Source of the DNA: a virus
Taxonomy: Duplodnaviria; Caudoviricetes
IMG/VR virus record: IMGVR_UViG_3300048850_000165
Location: 1-35,833 of that record
Strand: one strand, 5' to 3'
Length of the DNA: 35,833 nt
Part shown: positions 1 through 9,271 of the stretch, one piece after another
Layout: each line of letters begins with the position of its first letter
How positions within the stretch are numbered: position 1 is the first letter of the stretch
Made by a program: the position numbers and the translations under genes
Notes under the pieces: generated by a model
What the model was told of the DNA's origin: nothing
What the model saw: the letters and a program-made list of their open reading frames with translations, nothing else
Database searches by the model: none

Positions 1-252
1 ATGGCCACCGGGATGGCCGACCGCCTGTCGGCGCTGTACGGCCTGGAGCGCCAGGGCGTCATCAACAACGTCACGATCACCGCTCCTGGTGACGGCGCTC
101 GCCGCTTCACCTTCACGGTCGTCGGTGACGGGCGCGAGCGCAGCCTCAAGAGCCACGAGCTGGATCCGTTCCTGTCGGGGATCGAGGTCGGGCTCTCCGC
201 GCCGCGTCCGGAGCCGGCCGAGGAGCCGAAGCCCGCTCGGGCGGCGAAGTGA
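1..252 (+). CDS. hypothetical protein (probably prophage left arm)
   Basis: 83-aa ORF, strong GC3 codon bias, GTGA-coupled to next ORF. Confidence 0.65.
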   Translation: MATGMADRLSALYGLERQGVINNVTITAPGDGARRFTFTVVGDGRERSLKSHELDPFLSGIEVGLSAPRPEPAEEPKPARAAK

Positions 253-515
253 CCCGTCCGGAGATCCTGGACGACTCCTGGGTCAACGCCGAGGCGCGGA
301 CCGTCGAGGCGGGCGACCAGGTCATGTTGGACGGCGATCCGCGAGACGAGTTGGTCAACGACGCGACCGCCACGGTCGCCAAGGTCGAGGTCTTCGCTCG
401 CAAGGGCAAGACCCAGATCCGGATCCACATCACGGACCCGACCGACTTCGCGCCGTACGAGTACCTGGAGGTGAAGCTGACCGACCCGCTGTGGATCAAG
501 CGGGCCACCAGGTAG
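249..515 (+). CDS. hypothetical small beta-rich protein
   Basis: 88-aa ORF, GTG overlaps upstream TGA, followed by a terminator hairpin. Confidence 0.7.
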   Translation: MTRPEILDDSWVNAEARTVEAGDQVMLDGDPRDELVNDATATVAKVEVFARKGKTQIRIHITDPTDFAPYEYLEVKLTDPLWIKRATR

Positions 516-520
516 CACAA

Positions 521-565
521 CAAGGGAGCCCCGCCGCAGACGAAGTGCGGCGGGGCTCTTCTTGT
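521..565 (+). terminator. intrinsic terminator
   Basis: 13-bp stem GAGCCCCGCCGCA(526-538)/TGCGGCGGGGCTC(546-558) followed by TTCTTGT. Confidence 0.8.
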
Positions 566-649
566 CATTGTGCCCGTTAGATTGGGACTTGGAACCTTGC
601 CTGGGGAGGTCGGGGATTCCGGGGTGCCGTGAGGCCCCGCCTGGCGCAG

Positions 650-684
650 TTTGCCGGGCGGGGCCTTTCGCCTACTCTGCGACG
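650..684 (+). promoter_or_regulatory. putative SigA-type leaderless promoter
   Basis: TTGCCG(651-656), TACTCT(673-678), 6 nt, then in-frame GTG at 685. Confidence 0.5.
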
Positions 685-1380
685 GTGTACGCCTCGGCCG
701 CTTCCCCGGACAACCCGTTCTCCAGCCTCTGGTCGGAACTGGCGACGGCGCGTTGGCTGGCGGACGTAGGGCTTCCACTCCTGGCGGCGCTCATCGCGAT
801 TGCCCTCAGCGGCTATTTCGTTCGCTACCAGATCAACTACTCACGCGAATTAGCAAGGGCTGAGAAGCGTGCCACCGCTGCCGGTGCGCTCGGCTACGCG
901 CTCATCGCTCAAGTTGACGTCCTCAATACCACCCGTGGCGATTCCAAGTTCTGGGCGAAGACGCCTTGGCCCGATTTCGGCGCCGTAGTGAGGGCGCAGC
1001 GCCAAGCGAGCCTTGTGCTCGGAGGCGGTCCGGCGCTTGAAGATGTTGTGCTCGTGACTCGGACGCCACTGTGGGCATGGCGGACTTGGCAGGGCGAGTG
1101 GGACGACCTACACGGTCAACACAACGTCGATCTTGTGGACTTCGGGCTGGCCATGGACTCTTTGATTACCCCGTGGAAGTCACTCATCCTTCGATATGCC
1201 GAGTCGCTCATTCAATGGGACGGGCTAGGCGAACTCCCACGCGTCACCCTGGCTGCCAAGTATCACGTTCCGCTCCCTGAGGCCACGCACAAGGAGGAAC
1301 TCCAAACCTGGCGGACCCAACAGCGTCACCTGATTCGTCGGGAAGCGCTGAAGATGCGGGCATTGGGCGATCCTCAATAG
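685..1380 (+). CDS. moron-like hypothetical membrane protein
   Basis: hydrophobic segment VGLPLLAALIAIALSGYFV; atypical codon usage; start moved to GTG 685 from promoter geometry. Confidence 0.65.
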   Translation: MYASAASPDNPFSSLWSELATARWLADVGLPLLAALIAIALSGYFVRYQINYSRELARAEKRATAAGALGYALIAQVDVLNTTRGDSKFWAKTPWPDFGAVVRAQRQASLVLGGGPALEDVVLVTRTPLWAWRTWQGEWDDLHGQHNVDLVDFGLAMDSLITPWKSLILRYAESLIQWDGLGELPRVTLAAKYHVPLPEATHKEELQTWRTQQRHLIRREALKMRALGDPQ

Positions 1381-1472
1381 GGACCAAGCCGCTACTGCGG
1401 CGGCTTCACGAATCGCATGACGTAGCTCCCGACCAAGGCCCCGCACTGCCCCTGACACGGTGACAGGCAACG

Positions 1473-1524
1473 ACGAAGAGCCCCCACCCGACCAGCTGGG
1501 GTGCTGGCGGGCGGGGGCTCTCGT
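1473..1524 (-). terminator. terminator ending the late operon (possibly bidirectional)
   Basis: GC stem AGAGCCCCCACCCG-A-CCAGC / GCTGG-CGGGCGGGGGCTCT with TTCGTCGTT tail on minus strand, between convergent genes. Confidence 0.7.
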
Positions 1525-1701
1525 GTGTCGGTGGCGCTGCGGCGGCCGGCTACCGGACCGAGGTGCGGGGTGACGTAGCCGGGTGGCGGGTGACCTCGCC
1601 GACCGCTTGACAGTGGCAGGTCGGTGGACGGTGACGCGGCAATCTTCCACAGGTGGGTGGCCTGTGCACAGGGTGAGCGTGGAGCGGGAGTCGCCGGCTG
1701 A

Positions 1702-1995
1702 TCAGAGCAGTGTGACGGTGACTGTGTCGTCGACCCGTTCGCCGTCAGTGGTGCGCAGGGAGGCCTGCACCTTGTACGTGTCCGGTGGCAGATCGGCCTC
1801 GAGGACCCCGGCGCCGATCTTCAGGACCACAGGGACGGGCAGGATGACGGCCCCGTCCCGTTCGGTGCGTGCAGTGCCGGTGAGGGTGGCCTGACCCGTG
1901 AGAGCCCGGCCGAGTGGGTCCCGGTACTCCCGGCGCAGGTGAACGGTTCCGGTGATCGGCTGGCCAATAGGGACCGGGAGAGCGTCGGCAGGCAT
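1702..1995 (-). CDS. putative small virion protein (Ig-like beta fold)
   Basis: 97 aa, beta-rich, last gene of late operon, coupled to upstream stop. Confidence 0.6.
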   Translation of the reverse strand: MPADALPVPIGQPITGTVHLRREYRDPLGRALTGQATLTGTARTERDGAVILPVPVVLKIGAGVLEADLPPDTYKVQASLRTTDGERVDDTVTVTLL

Positions 1996-2330
1996 CAGGC
2001 CTCCCCGTCAAGATCGGCCAGTACGTCCACCGTGTGATAGGTCAGCGTGGGAAACGTCTGGGTGATCCCGGGCTCCCAGGTGACCTCCCATTCGGCCTGA
2101 TACTGGCCGGGGGCGTCGGTGTCCCCAGCGGCCCAGTCGTAACGCACCACTCCGCTGGTCGGGACGACGACGACGGCCGCGTCGTTGACCTTGATGGCGC
2201 CACCGCCGGTGAGCCGCATGATGAAGTCGACGGAGTCGGCGCTGGTGAGGTCCACGGGACCGTCGCCGCTGCTGAGGATGGCCTGGATGGACGGTCTGCG
2301 GTCGTGGGCCTTGATGGTGTAGTCCGCCAC
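1995..2330 (-). CDS. BppU-family N-terminal-like virion protein
   Basis: motifs PVDLT, GVVRYDW..GDT..PG.Y.AEWEVT, QTFPT; RBS GGAGG. Confidence 0.7.
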   Translation of the reverse strand: MADYTIKAHDRRPSIQAILSSGDGPVDLTSADSVDFIMRLTGGGAIKVNDAAVVVVPTSGVVRYDWAAGDTDAPGQYQAEWEVTWEPGITQTFPTLTYHTVDVLADLDGEA

Positions 2331-2340
2331 TCGGTGCCTC

Positions 2341-3900
2341 CTACGTGTCGATCGTGGATGCCCCGGGGGGCGGTGTTAGTTGGGCCGCACCCAGAGCGTC
2401 GGTGATGACCGCGAGGCCGGGCGTGGTGAGGGTCAGAACGGCGCGAGCGGGGGCCGTCGCCGTGGTTGCGGCGGACCCGGACGCGTCGAGCAGGGCTGCG
2501 GCAGCCAACCCGGGCGCGCCGAGGGTGACCCTCCCGGCAGAGTCGGCGAGCGCGGCGTAGCCGTAGGTGTGAGGCGGCACGAACTCGGCGGGTCGAACCC
2601 CAGTGCCGGACCCGGACCAGGAGGAGGTGCCGCTGCCGGACCCGACAGGTGTGAGTGTCCCGCCACCGGCACCGATGTAGCTCCAGGTCCCGCTTCCGTA
2701 ACCACCGTGGATGCCGACCGCGGGGGTGCTCCCGGCACCGCTGCCGATCCACGTGGTGCCGCCGGCGCCTGAGCCACGGCGCACGGTCGCGCCAGTCCCG
2801 GTGCCGACGATCGACCAGGAGCCAGTGCCAGTGCCCTTACGCGGGCTGCGGCCAATACCGGCACCAGTCCATGTCGCGGTGCCCGCGCCACCACCCCGGG
2901 ATCGCCGGGTCCCGGTGCCGGTACCGACAAAGGCGGCCGACCCGACCCCCGAACCCCGGGGCTTGCGCTTGCCCGCCCCGTTCCCCGTGAAGGTCCAGGA
3001 GCTGCTTCCGACTCCGCGGCGGTTGCTTCTGCCCGCACCAGCGCCGGCCGACGTCCAGGCCCCGGTGCCGGCGCCCTTGGGGGTCCGCTTGCCGGCACCT
3101 GTGCCGGTGAACGACGCAGTGCCGCCGCCCGAGCTGTTCCGAGTGCTCGTGCCCGAGCCGGTTCCCGTGAGCGTCCACGTGCCCCCGCCGGACCCCTTGG
3201 GCGTCATCGTCCCGGAGCCGGTGCCGACCAACGTGAACGTGCCCGACCCGTCGCCCGCCCCCGGCGGTGACGAGGCGGGCGCGACGACGAACGAGTAGGC
3301 CCGCCAGCCCGTCGAGATGGGGAAGGTTGCGGTGCGGGTGCCGGTCGGCCCTGCTGCGCTCAGCGGCTCGGTGGCCACGGCGAACGTCGTCCAGGATCCC
3401 TGGGTGTCGATCCGCTTGGTCATCGTGCCCGGGGTGGTCACGGCCCGGCTGGTGCCCGAGCTGCTGTCACCTCGCCGGTACCAGCAGCAGACCAGCAGCC
3501 CGCCCGGTACGCCGGTCACGCTGGGCGCGGCCATCGACGTACCGGTGCCGGTCGACGTAGCCGGCGGGGACACCACCAGCGGGGTGGTGGTATCGGCATC
3601 CGAGAGGGTGATGATGCCGGCGGCCTGGTCGACGCTGGCCGCGTAAGAGAACGTGTAGCTGGACGGCTCGGCGACGTCGGCGACGCGCATCCAGTTCTTC
3701 ATGCCCGCCATCCCGGCGACCGTGCCGGTAACGCCCAGCTGCGTCCACGACCCGGAGACGGTGGTCGGGGCGGCGTCGTCGGAGGCGTGGAAGCCGAACA
3801 TGACGTCCCCGGCCACGGTGCCGGCCGGCCGGTTGACGACCTGGGTCGCCGCCGCGGCGTTGGTCTGAGCGCCGTTGCCGGAGCGGAAGGTGACGGCCAA
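2341..3900 (-). CDS. glycine-rich repeat virion/fibre protein with N-terminal lectin-like beta domain
   Basis: 519 aa; N-terminal P.G...GD.M...; about 11 Gly-rich 20-aa repeats. Confidence 0.7.
   Translation of the reverse strand: MAVTFRSGNGAQTNAAAATQVVNRPAGTVAGDVMFGFHASDDAAPTTVSGSWTQLGVTGTVAGMAGMKNWMRVADVAEPSSYTFSYAASVDQAAGIITLSDADTTTPLVVSPPATSTGTGTSMAAPSVTGVPGGLLVCCWYRRGDSSSGTSRAVTTPGTMTKRIDTQGSWTTFAVATEPLSAAGPTGTRTATFPISTGWRAYSFVVAPASSPPGAGDGSGTFTLVGTGSGTMTPKGSGGGTWTLTGTGSGTSTRNSSGGGTASFTGTGAGKRTPKGAGTGAWTSAGAGAGRSNRRGVGSSSWTFTGNGAGKRKPRGSGVGSAAFVGTGTGTRRSRGGGAGTATWTGAGIGRSPRKGTGTGSWSIVGTGTGATVRRGSGAGGTTWIGSGAGSTPAVGIHGGYGSGTWSYIGAGGGTLTPVGSGSGTSSWSGSGTGVRPAEFVPPHTYGYAALADSAGRVTLGAPGLAAAALLDASGSAATTATAPARAVLTLTTPGLAVITDALGAAQLTPPPGASTIDT
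2590..3260 (-). repeat. intragenic ~60-bp (20-aa) degenerate tandem repeats
   Basis: units such as GSGGGTWTLTGTGSGTSTRN, GAGTGAWTSAGAGAGRSNRR, GTGTGSWSIVGTGTGATVRR. Confidence 0.8.
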
Positions 3901-3929
3901 GGGTTACCGCCCCTCCGCGGTCAGAAGGC

Positions 3930-4274
3930 TCAGGTAAAGGTGGACGTCTCGGCGCCGCTGGTCACCGTGTACTCGCCGGCCGCATTGAACGTCTGGTCAC
4001 CGGTGAGCAGGAACCCGCCGTAGTAGGTGCCCCCGGTGGCGGCAGACCAGTAGCCGACGCGGATCGCGGGGCCTCCGCCGGCACCGCCGGTGAAGTTGTA
4101 GGGCCCAGCCCAGGTGATGTCTCCGTCCGCGTCGACGGCGCCATTCACGGCTACCCGGGCCGCGGTGGACTCGTTCGCCGAGGAGGTGACGGCACCGGTC
4201 GTGTGGATGGAGAAGTAGTTGATGGCCGTGTCAATGGCGTTGGCCATCACCACGGAAGCGGCGTCGTTGAGCAT
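3930..4274 (-). CDS. small phage structural/tail-fibre-associated protein
   Basis: motifs SIHT, ANE, GYWSAATGGTYYGG, TFNAAGEYTVT typical of actinophage small virion proteins. Confidence 0.65.
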   Translation of the reverse strand: MLNDAASVVMANAIDTAINYFSIHTTGAVTSSANESTAARVAVNGAVDADGDITWAGPYNFTGGAGGGPAIRVGYWSAATGGTYYGGFLLTGDQTFNAAGEYTVTSGAETSTFT

Positions 4275-4333
4275 CGGTCAGGCTCCTGTCGTGGGCTGGT
4301 TGTCGGCAGTGCCGCGCGGGGTGACGACGCGGG

Positions 4334-4540
4334 TTAGGTGTCGGCTGCGTGGTCGCCGGGGACGTCGAGCGGCTCGTTGGGCACCCGGAAGGTGGCGATC
4401 GCGGTGAGCACCGCGGCCACGGAGGAGACCGCCTGAGCCCAGTCCGGGGGCAGCAGGTTCGCCGTGAGCACGACACCGAGTACGCCCGCGGTGGCAACGA
4501 GAAGCTTGCGGATCTGCGCCGGGGTGTAGCCGAAGATCAT
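4334..4540 (-). CDS. putative holin (2 TM)
   Basis: 68 aa MIFGYTPAQIRKLLVA...LTAIATFRVPN; two hydrophobic helices and VPN motif; coupled to upstream stop. Confidence 0.7.
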   Translation of the reverse strand: MIFGYTPAQIRKLLVATAGVLGVVLTANLLPPDWAQAVSSVAAVLTAIATFRVPNEPLDVPGDHAADT

Positions 4541-4995
4541 CACGGGGCAAGTTCCGGGCTGGCCGTGGTGAAGGGGTTGACCAGGTCGGGATTCGCGCGA
4601 TGCGCCCCGCGCCAGGCGTCCGCCTCGCGCGTGTACGGCTGGTCGGCGACGGCGACCACGGCCCCGTTGGCTGCGACACGGGCCCACGTCCACCCGGCGG
4701 AGTCCTCCCCGGTGACGGTGAGGCGGTCCCCAGCCGCGTCGGTAATCGCGGTACGCCACTGGTCGATCACGTCGATGCGGACAGTGAGCTCGCCGCTGGC
4801 GGCCATGACCCCGTCAAGCAGGTCGAAAAGAAGGTCCGTGAGGAAGTAGGCGTCATCTACGCCGAGCTTGGCGTTGTCGAGGTCACCTACCGCGTCGGCC
4901 AGGTCGTCGATGGCTTGGGCGAGGGGCGCGCGGATCGCCTCATGGCCCTCATCTGGGGACGGCGTGCGAAAGTCAGGTAGGTCAGAGCCCGGCAT
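4540..4995 (-). CDS. hypothetical protein with C-terminal DUF1508/YegP-like motif
   Basis: WTWARVAANGAVVA....YTR..DA.R resembles DUF1508 consensus; start estimated at ATG 4995. Confidence 0.55.
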   Translation of the reverse strand: MPGSDLPDFRTPSPDEGHEAIRAPLAQAIDDLADAVGDLDNAKLGVDDAYFLTDLLFDLLDGVMAASGELTVRIDVIDQWRTAITDAAGDRLTVTGEDSAGWTWARVAANGAVVAVADQPYTREADAWRGAHRANPDLVNPFTTASPELAP

Positions 4996-5182
4996 TGCGC
5001 AGCTCGATGAGTGCGTCGAGGGCATCCTTGGCGTCGTCGATGCGGGCCTGGTCACGTGGTCGGGTGCGCTGTGCGGCGATGTACTCCCTCGAAGCGTCGA
5101 TGATGGCGCGGTCCAGCTCGGTCGATGCGGCGGTTCCCGCAACGACGGGGGTTGCGGTCGTGGTGACGGTGTATTCGGCCAT
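4982..5182 (-). CDS. hypothetical protein
   Basis: 66 aa with GGAGG RBS. Confidence 0.65.
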   Translation of the reverse strand: MAEYTVTTTATPVVAGTAASTELDRAIIDASREYIAAQRTRPRDQARIDDAKDALDALIELRNAGL

Positions 5183-5251
5183 CCGATGCCTCCAGGAGAA
5201 GGGTTTCCGAGCGCGTTGCAGATCAGTTGGGACGCGGGAGAGGGGTCCTGA

Positions 5252-5572
5252 TCAGCGGGTCAGTTCGGCGATCAAGGCGTCCTTCGCGGCTTCACGCGCA
5301 AGGCCGGCTTCCTCACGGCCGCGCGCCGCATCCAGCTGGTCCTCCAGTTGGGTGGCCTTCGCCCTGACCCGCTCAAGCTGGATCTCCAGATCGTGGATCT
5401 GATCGTTGAGAGGCTTGACGAGGGCGACGGCTGCGGCGGTCAGCACAGACGTCGCCTCGGCACCCGCCTTGTCGGTGTCGGCGGCGAGCTTCTTGCGAGC
5501 CACAATCGCGTTGAACGCGGCGAGGAGGATCGCACCGCCACCGCCACCGAGGAGCACGGCGACCAGGTTCAT
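5252..5572 (-). CDS. membrane-anchored coiled-coil lysis-cassette protein
   Basis: MNLVAVLLGGGGGAILLAAF TM then heptad-like LNDQIHDLEIQLERV; ATGA overlap with upstream gene. Confidence 0.7.
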   Translation of the reverse strand: MNLVAVLLGGGGGAILLAAFNAIVARKKLAADTDKAGAEATSVLTAAAVALVKPLNDQIHDLEIQLERVRAKATQLEDQLDAARGREEAGLAREAAKDALIAELTR

Positions 5573-6036
5573 GCGTGCCTCTGCTCGGCGATGGTGGCGC
5601 GCACCCATCGTTGGATGAGCCACGCCCGATACCAGGAGGCCAGCCCAAAACCGCCGACCAGCGCGGCTGGGATCAGGCGCCCCGGGCCACCGTTGTGCAT
5701 GACGCCGACCGCGTAGATGACGGTGCCTACGCCGACTGCCACCAGTCCGACCTGCTCGATGAGCAGGCCCGTGTCGTAGCGGGGATGAAATCCCGGTCGC
5801 CAACGATCTAGCCACCGCCACCAGGTCCACCAGGCGCCGATCAGGGCGACCAGGCAGCCGACGACGAGGACGTATCCCCACACCCGGGACCACAGCGGCC
5901 CCAGAAGCTCGGCGGTGGTGCCGGGGGCGGGGGAGCCAATCAGCAGCGGGGAGCCGACGACCAGGCCCATACCGAGCACGAACAGCTCGAACGGGCCGCG
6001 AGCGCTATCCAGCGTTCGCGCGGTGAGCTGTTCCAC
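5569..6036 (-). CDS. 4-TM membrane protein of the lysis cassette (holin-like)
   Basis: four hydrophobic segments, directly downstream of endolysin. Confidence 0.7.
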   Translation of the reverse strand: MEQLTARTLDSARGPFELFVLGMGLVVGSPLLIGSPAPGTTAELLGPLWSRVWGYVLVVGCLVALIGAWWTWWRWLDRWRPGFHPRYDTGLLIEQVGLVAVGVGTVIYAVGVMHNGGPGRLIPAALVGGFGLASWYRAWLIQRWVRATIAEQRHA

Positions 6037-6059
6037 GACGTCCCCCTCGCCGTGGCCGA

Positions 6060-6887
6060 TCAGACGGTCGTGTCGACGGGCCGGGCAAGCACGGCATGGA
6101 TGACGTCGACAAACCGGGCGTTCTGGTCATAGGTGTCGCCGATGCCGAGCCGCGGAGCGTCGGCATCAGGGTCTCGGTCGTCGTCCAGCAGCCAAACGAA
6201 GCACGCCCACTCCTCCTGGTTGAGGTGGCGCAAGCCGTGGTCTGTAACCAGGTGGACGGCGCCGATGTTGGACTTGTCCCCAGTGCCGTTGTCTCGGATT
6301 AGATACATGTCGCGGGGCCTCCGTCGGGGAGCGGGAAGGGAAGAAGCGGCGGCTGAACTGCCGCCGGTGACAAGTGCGACAGCCGTCTGAGCGCGGACCC
6401 GGCCGATGATGTCCCGAATGTCGATCTTGCGATCTGGCGCCCATTCGGAGTGCGAAGCGACCCAGGAGACGTCCCGGCCCAGCCCGGACAGCAGCGCCGC
6501 GTTCAGTCGCGGGTAGGCGTCGAGCATTTCCGGGGTCCAATCGCCATCACCGCCGGACTCGGCTTCGATGCCGTACGCCGCCGAGTTGCCGATCAGGCCA
6601 CGGAACCCTCCGGCGCCGGCATGGTTGGCGCGCCCTGCCGCTACGACCACGCACACGCCGTCGCGGGCCAGGTAGACGTTGCACAGCGGTCCGTCCAACC
6701 CCGGGCGCCCGTTGGTAACCACCGACAGCGACGGGCGGGTGCGGGTGCCCCGGGGTCCTGCCGTCCAGTGGTCGACCACGCAGCCGGGGGCGAACGCCGA
6801 GGAGCCGCGCGTCTCCCAGCCGGGCACCAACTCCACCTTGAGCCCGAACCGGGCCAAGTCAGAGGGGATGCGTGTCATGTAAGGCAC
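6060..6887 (-). CDS. endolysin, N-acetylmuramoyl-L-alanine amidase (Amidase_2 type)
   Basis: Zn-amidase motifs DHWTA, AGRANHAG, GIEAE, SHSEW, RKID. Confidence 0.9.
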   Translation of the reverse strand: MPYMTRIPSDLARFGLKVELVPGWETRGSSAFAPGCVVDHWTAGPRGTRTRPSLSVVTNGRPGLDGPLCNVYLARDGVCVVVAAGRANHAGAGGFRGLIGNSAAYGIEAESGGDGDWTPEMLDAYPRLNAALLSGLGRDVSWVASHSEWAPDRKIDIRDIIGRVRAQTAVALVTGGSSAAASSLPAPRRRPRDMYLIRDNGTGDKSNIGAVHLVTDHGLRHLNQEEWACFVWLLDDDRDPDADAPRLGIGDTYDQNARFVDVIHAVLARPVDTTV

Positions 6888-6889
6888 GG

Positions 6890-7078
6890 TCAGCGCTTCG
6901 TGAGGAACGGATCGGCGGCAGGGTCGTAGGGCACTGTTGCCGGCGGATCGGCCACCGCGGCGCGCATCAGCCCGTGAACGGATCGGTCCCAGCCGAGTTC
7001 GTCGTCGGCGTCCGCGAGCTGGTCATGAGGCGGCAACTGCTCCGCGGGCCACGGGCCTCGACCGTCGGGAGTGCTCAC
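6890..7078 (-). CDS. hypothetical protein
   Basis: 62 aa, GGAGG RBS before GTG, fills gap in operon. Confidence 0.55.
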   Translation of the reverse strand: MSTPDGRGPWPAEQLPPHDQLADADDELGWDRSVHGLMRAAVADPPATVPYDPAADPFLTKR

Positions 7079-7142
7079 TGCGCCTCCTAGGGCATGGGTC
7101 GAGCCCGGCCACCTGCAGGCGGTCGGCTATGAAATCGGGGGG

Positions 7143-7826
7143 TCAGGCTCCGACGAGGAATACGGACAACATGCGGCGGATCACCAGCCAGTTCCCCGCG
7201 CCCACCGGGCCAGTTCCGGCCACGTAGATTTGGAAACGAACCGTGTCGCCGGCCGCTAGGCGCAGTGCGGTCGAACCGCACGCGCCGTCCTCGCCGAAAC
7301 CGTTCGCTCGAATCGCATCCGAGCGAGATCCAGCGATCAGCAGATCCCAGAAGTGCCTGCCGGTGGGGACGCTCCCTAGCCGCCCGCCCCAGTTGATCGT
7401 GTAGAGCCCGCCACGGTTCGGGGGGATCTTCACGTGGAACTCGGTGCCGGCCTGCAGGTAACCCTCCGGGTCCGAGCCCACCACATCTGCGGTGCCGAAG
7501 GCGGTCGGAGATCCTTGAGACCCGTTCGGCGGGATCTGGACATTAACGATGGTGTCCATTTCGACGCCGTGCCGCTTCAGGTCAGGAATCCAGGCCCCGC
7601 CGAAATACTCCTCGATGTAACCACCGACGGAGCTGAGCATCCCGTTCGTCATGGCGTTACCGAGCGACGCCCACGTGGCGTACGCGGCATCTCGGGCACT
7701 CCGCGTATCAAACCTGGGAATTGTGTTATCCGCTAGGTCGCCGACAGCGTTCTGAATGAACTGGGCGATGTTCGGACTGTCGCTTGACTGCGGATAACGA
7801 GACCCAGTCAGCGGCTCAGTAGGCAT
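7143..7826 (-). CDS. minor tail protein (possible receptor-binding head)
   Basis: N-terminal YPQSSDSPNI..., RFDTRSARDAA; C-terminal beta-sandwich with IP...GLY and LAAGDTV motifs. Confidence 0.7.
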   Translation of the reverse strand: MPTEPLTGSRYPQSSDSPNIAQFIQNAVGDLADNTIPRFDTRSARDAAYATWASLGNAMTNGMLSSVGGYIEEYFGGAWIPDLKRHGVEMDTIVNVQIPPNGSQGSPTAFGTADVVGSDPEGYLQAGTEFHVKIPPNRGGLYTINWGGRLGSVPTGRHFWDLLIAGSRSDAIRANGFGEDGACGSTALRLAAGDTVRFQIYVAGTGPVGAGNWLVIRRMLSVFLVGA

Positions 7827-7837
7827 CCGTCACTCCT

Positions 7838-8116
7838 CTATGGTTGGCCGATGCCGCGGTAAGCAATGCTCACTTGGCCGTCGATGTAGTCGCATTTCAC
7901 GCGGTGCCCCACAACGGGTGTGTATGAGGCGGCGTAGGCGTTGACGGGGAGTTGGGTGCCGCGCCAGGAGACGGTGACGAGCGCGTTACCGTCCGATGCT
8001 GCGCCCGGGGTGACCGACTGAACGGTCGCCCAGAACTGCTGGGTCGGGACGTCCGCCATGCGCGCACTGTTGGCATCCGCGAACTTGCGAGCCGCTGTAG
8101 CCAACTGGTGATTCAC
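7838..8116 (-). CDS. small minor tail protein (OB-fold-like)
   Basis: ATVQSV...SYTP.VG.RV motif, position after tail hub gene. Confidence 0.7.
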   Translation of the reverse strand: MNHQLATAARKFADANSARMADVPTQQFWATVQSVTPGAASDGNALVTVSWRGTQLPVNAYAASYTPVVGHRVKCDYIDGQVSIAYRGIGQP

Positions 8117-9264
8117 GTGTACGAATCCGTACGAGTCGAACGGCCGTCGATCTGGGTGGAGCCACCGACCGTCAGCGGATGAGTGACCGTGTCCGCTACA
8201 TGCCGTTCCAGTACCCGCGGAATGTCGTAGCGCTCTCGGGGCGGCAGGACATCGATTACGTCGAAGGCGTCCAACGCCGGATTGGGCGTTTGACCCAACG
8301 AGACCTGTGATGCGAGGCCGGTGACGCGGGAAAGAATCGTCAGACCTGCATCCTTCGCCGCGTTCTCCGAAGTGAGAACTGCGGTGTCATAGAAGTACGG
8401 AACAATCCCGAACGGGCCGGCGGTTTCCGGATTCAGGATCGGATCAACACCCGCGTAGGTTGGGGAGTTCACGTCCAGATCCCAGACGACCTGTGGCACG
8501 AAGGCGGATTGCGTAGAAGCGGAGGAGGCGACCACGACCACGTTGCAGGTATTGGCTCGGGAGCGCTCTCGGTCCAGGGCGATCAGTACACCCGACGGTG
8601 AGGCATCCACCAACCAGTCGGCCGACGCCCCGATCGTTGGGATGTCTGCGATGGTCGCTACGCCCTTACGGTCGAAGTACACCCACGCCCCGATCGACTG
8701 AGCCAGTTCCTGGATCGTCTTGTCCCGGTCCTTTTCCCAGGTCAGCTGCGGCACGGTGGCTGTCGACGTGGCGGTGACCACCACGTCCTCACCGGGCAGC
8801 GCACCGCGAATTAGGGCGGCGATCTGCGCCGTCACCCGCATGCCGCCCGACGACAGTTGCGGAAGGATGAACCGCGCCCGCTGGATCCGCGCCCACTTGT
8901 CCGGGGCGGTAAGCGACAGACCGCCACCGCCCTCGGAGAGCTTCTCCGAATCCACCTCGAAGACGCCCATGGGAATGCTGACGGTTGATCGGTCCGTGAA
9001 ACGGACGGTCGCTGAGACCTTCAGTTGCGTCCCGATCGGGGACAGTGCATCGAACAGCCCTGGGCTCGGCGCGAGATCCAGATTGAGTACGCGCCGAACA
9101 CCAGGCTTCGTTGTGTCCGTGATACGTCCGCCGGTGGGCACCAATCCGGTAGCGCCGCCTACAGGAGCGCCGTCTAGCAAGGCGTCGACCGTGTAGAACA
9201 AGACATACGAGCTGGCACGGATCGTCTGCACATAGAGGTCGGAAACTGGATAAGCCACGACCAA
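8113..9264 (-). CDS. minor tail/hub protein (DUF5047-like)
   Basis: 383 aa; IPMGVF, D.W.RI..ARF, W...R...I.ELA.S, GPFG.VP.FY, PNPALD..DVI motifs. Confidence 0.8.
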   Translation of the reverse strand: MVVAYPVSDLYVQTIRASSYVLFYTVDALLDGAPVGGATGLVPTGGRITDTTKPGVRRVLNLDLAPSPGLFDALSPIGTQLKVSATVRFTDRSTVSIPMGVFEVDSEKLSEGGGGLSLTAPDKWARIQRARFILPQLSSGGMRVTAQIAALIRGALPGEDVVVTATSTATVPQLTWEKDRDKTIQELAQSIGAWVYFDRKGVATIADIPTIGASADWLVDASPSGVLIALDRERSRANTCNVVVVASSASTQSAFVPQVVWDLDVNSPTYAGVDPILNPETAGPFGIVPYFYDTAVLTSENAAKDAGLTILSRVTGLASQVSLGQTPNPALDAFDVIDVLPPRERYDIPRVLERHVADTVTHPLTVGGSTQIDGRSTRTDSYT

Positions 9265-9271
9265 CCTCCCG

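Noticed and set aside
1436-1547. TGTCAG (minus, 1457) and TGTCGG (plus, 1526) hexamers
   Set aside because: No TAnnnT-like box at N10 and no start codon at the expected position
1550-1669. 39-aa minus-strand peptide with HRPPTC twice
   Set aside because: No convincing RBS and poor codon bias; cannot be supported
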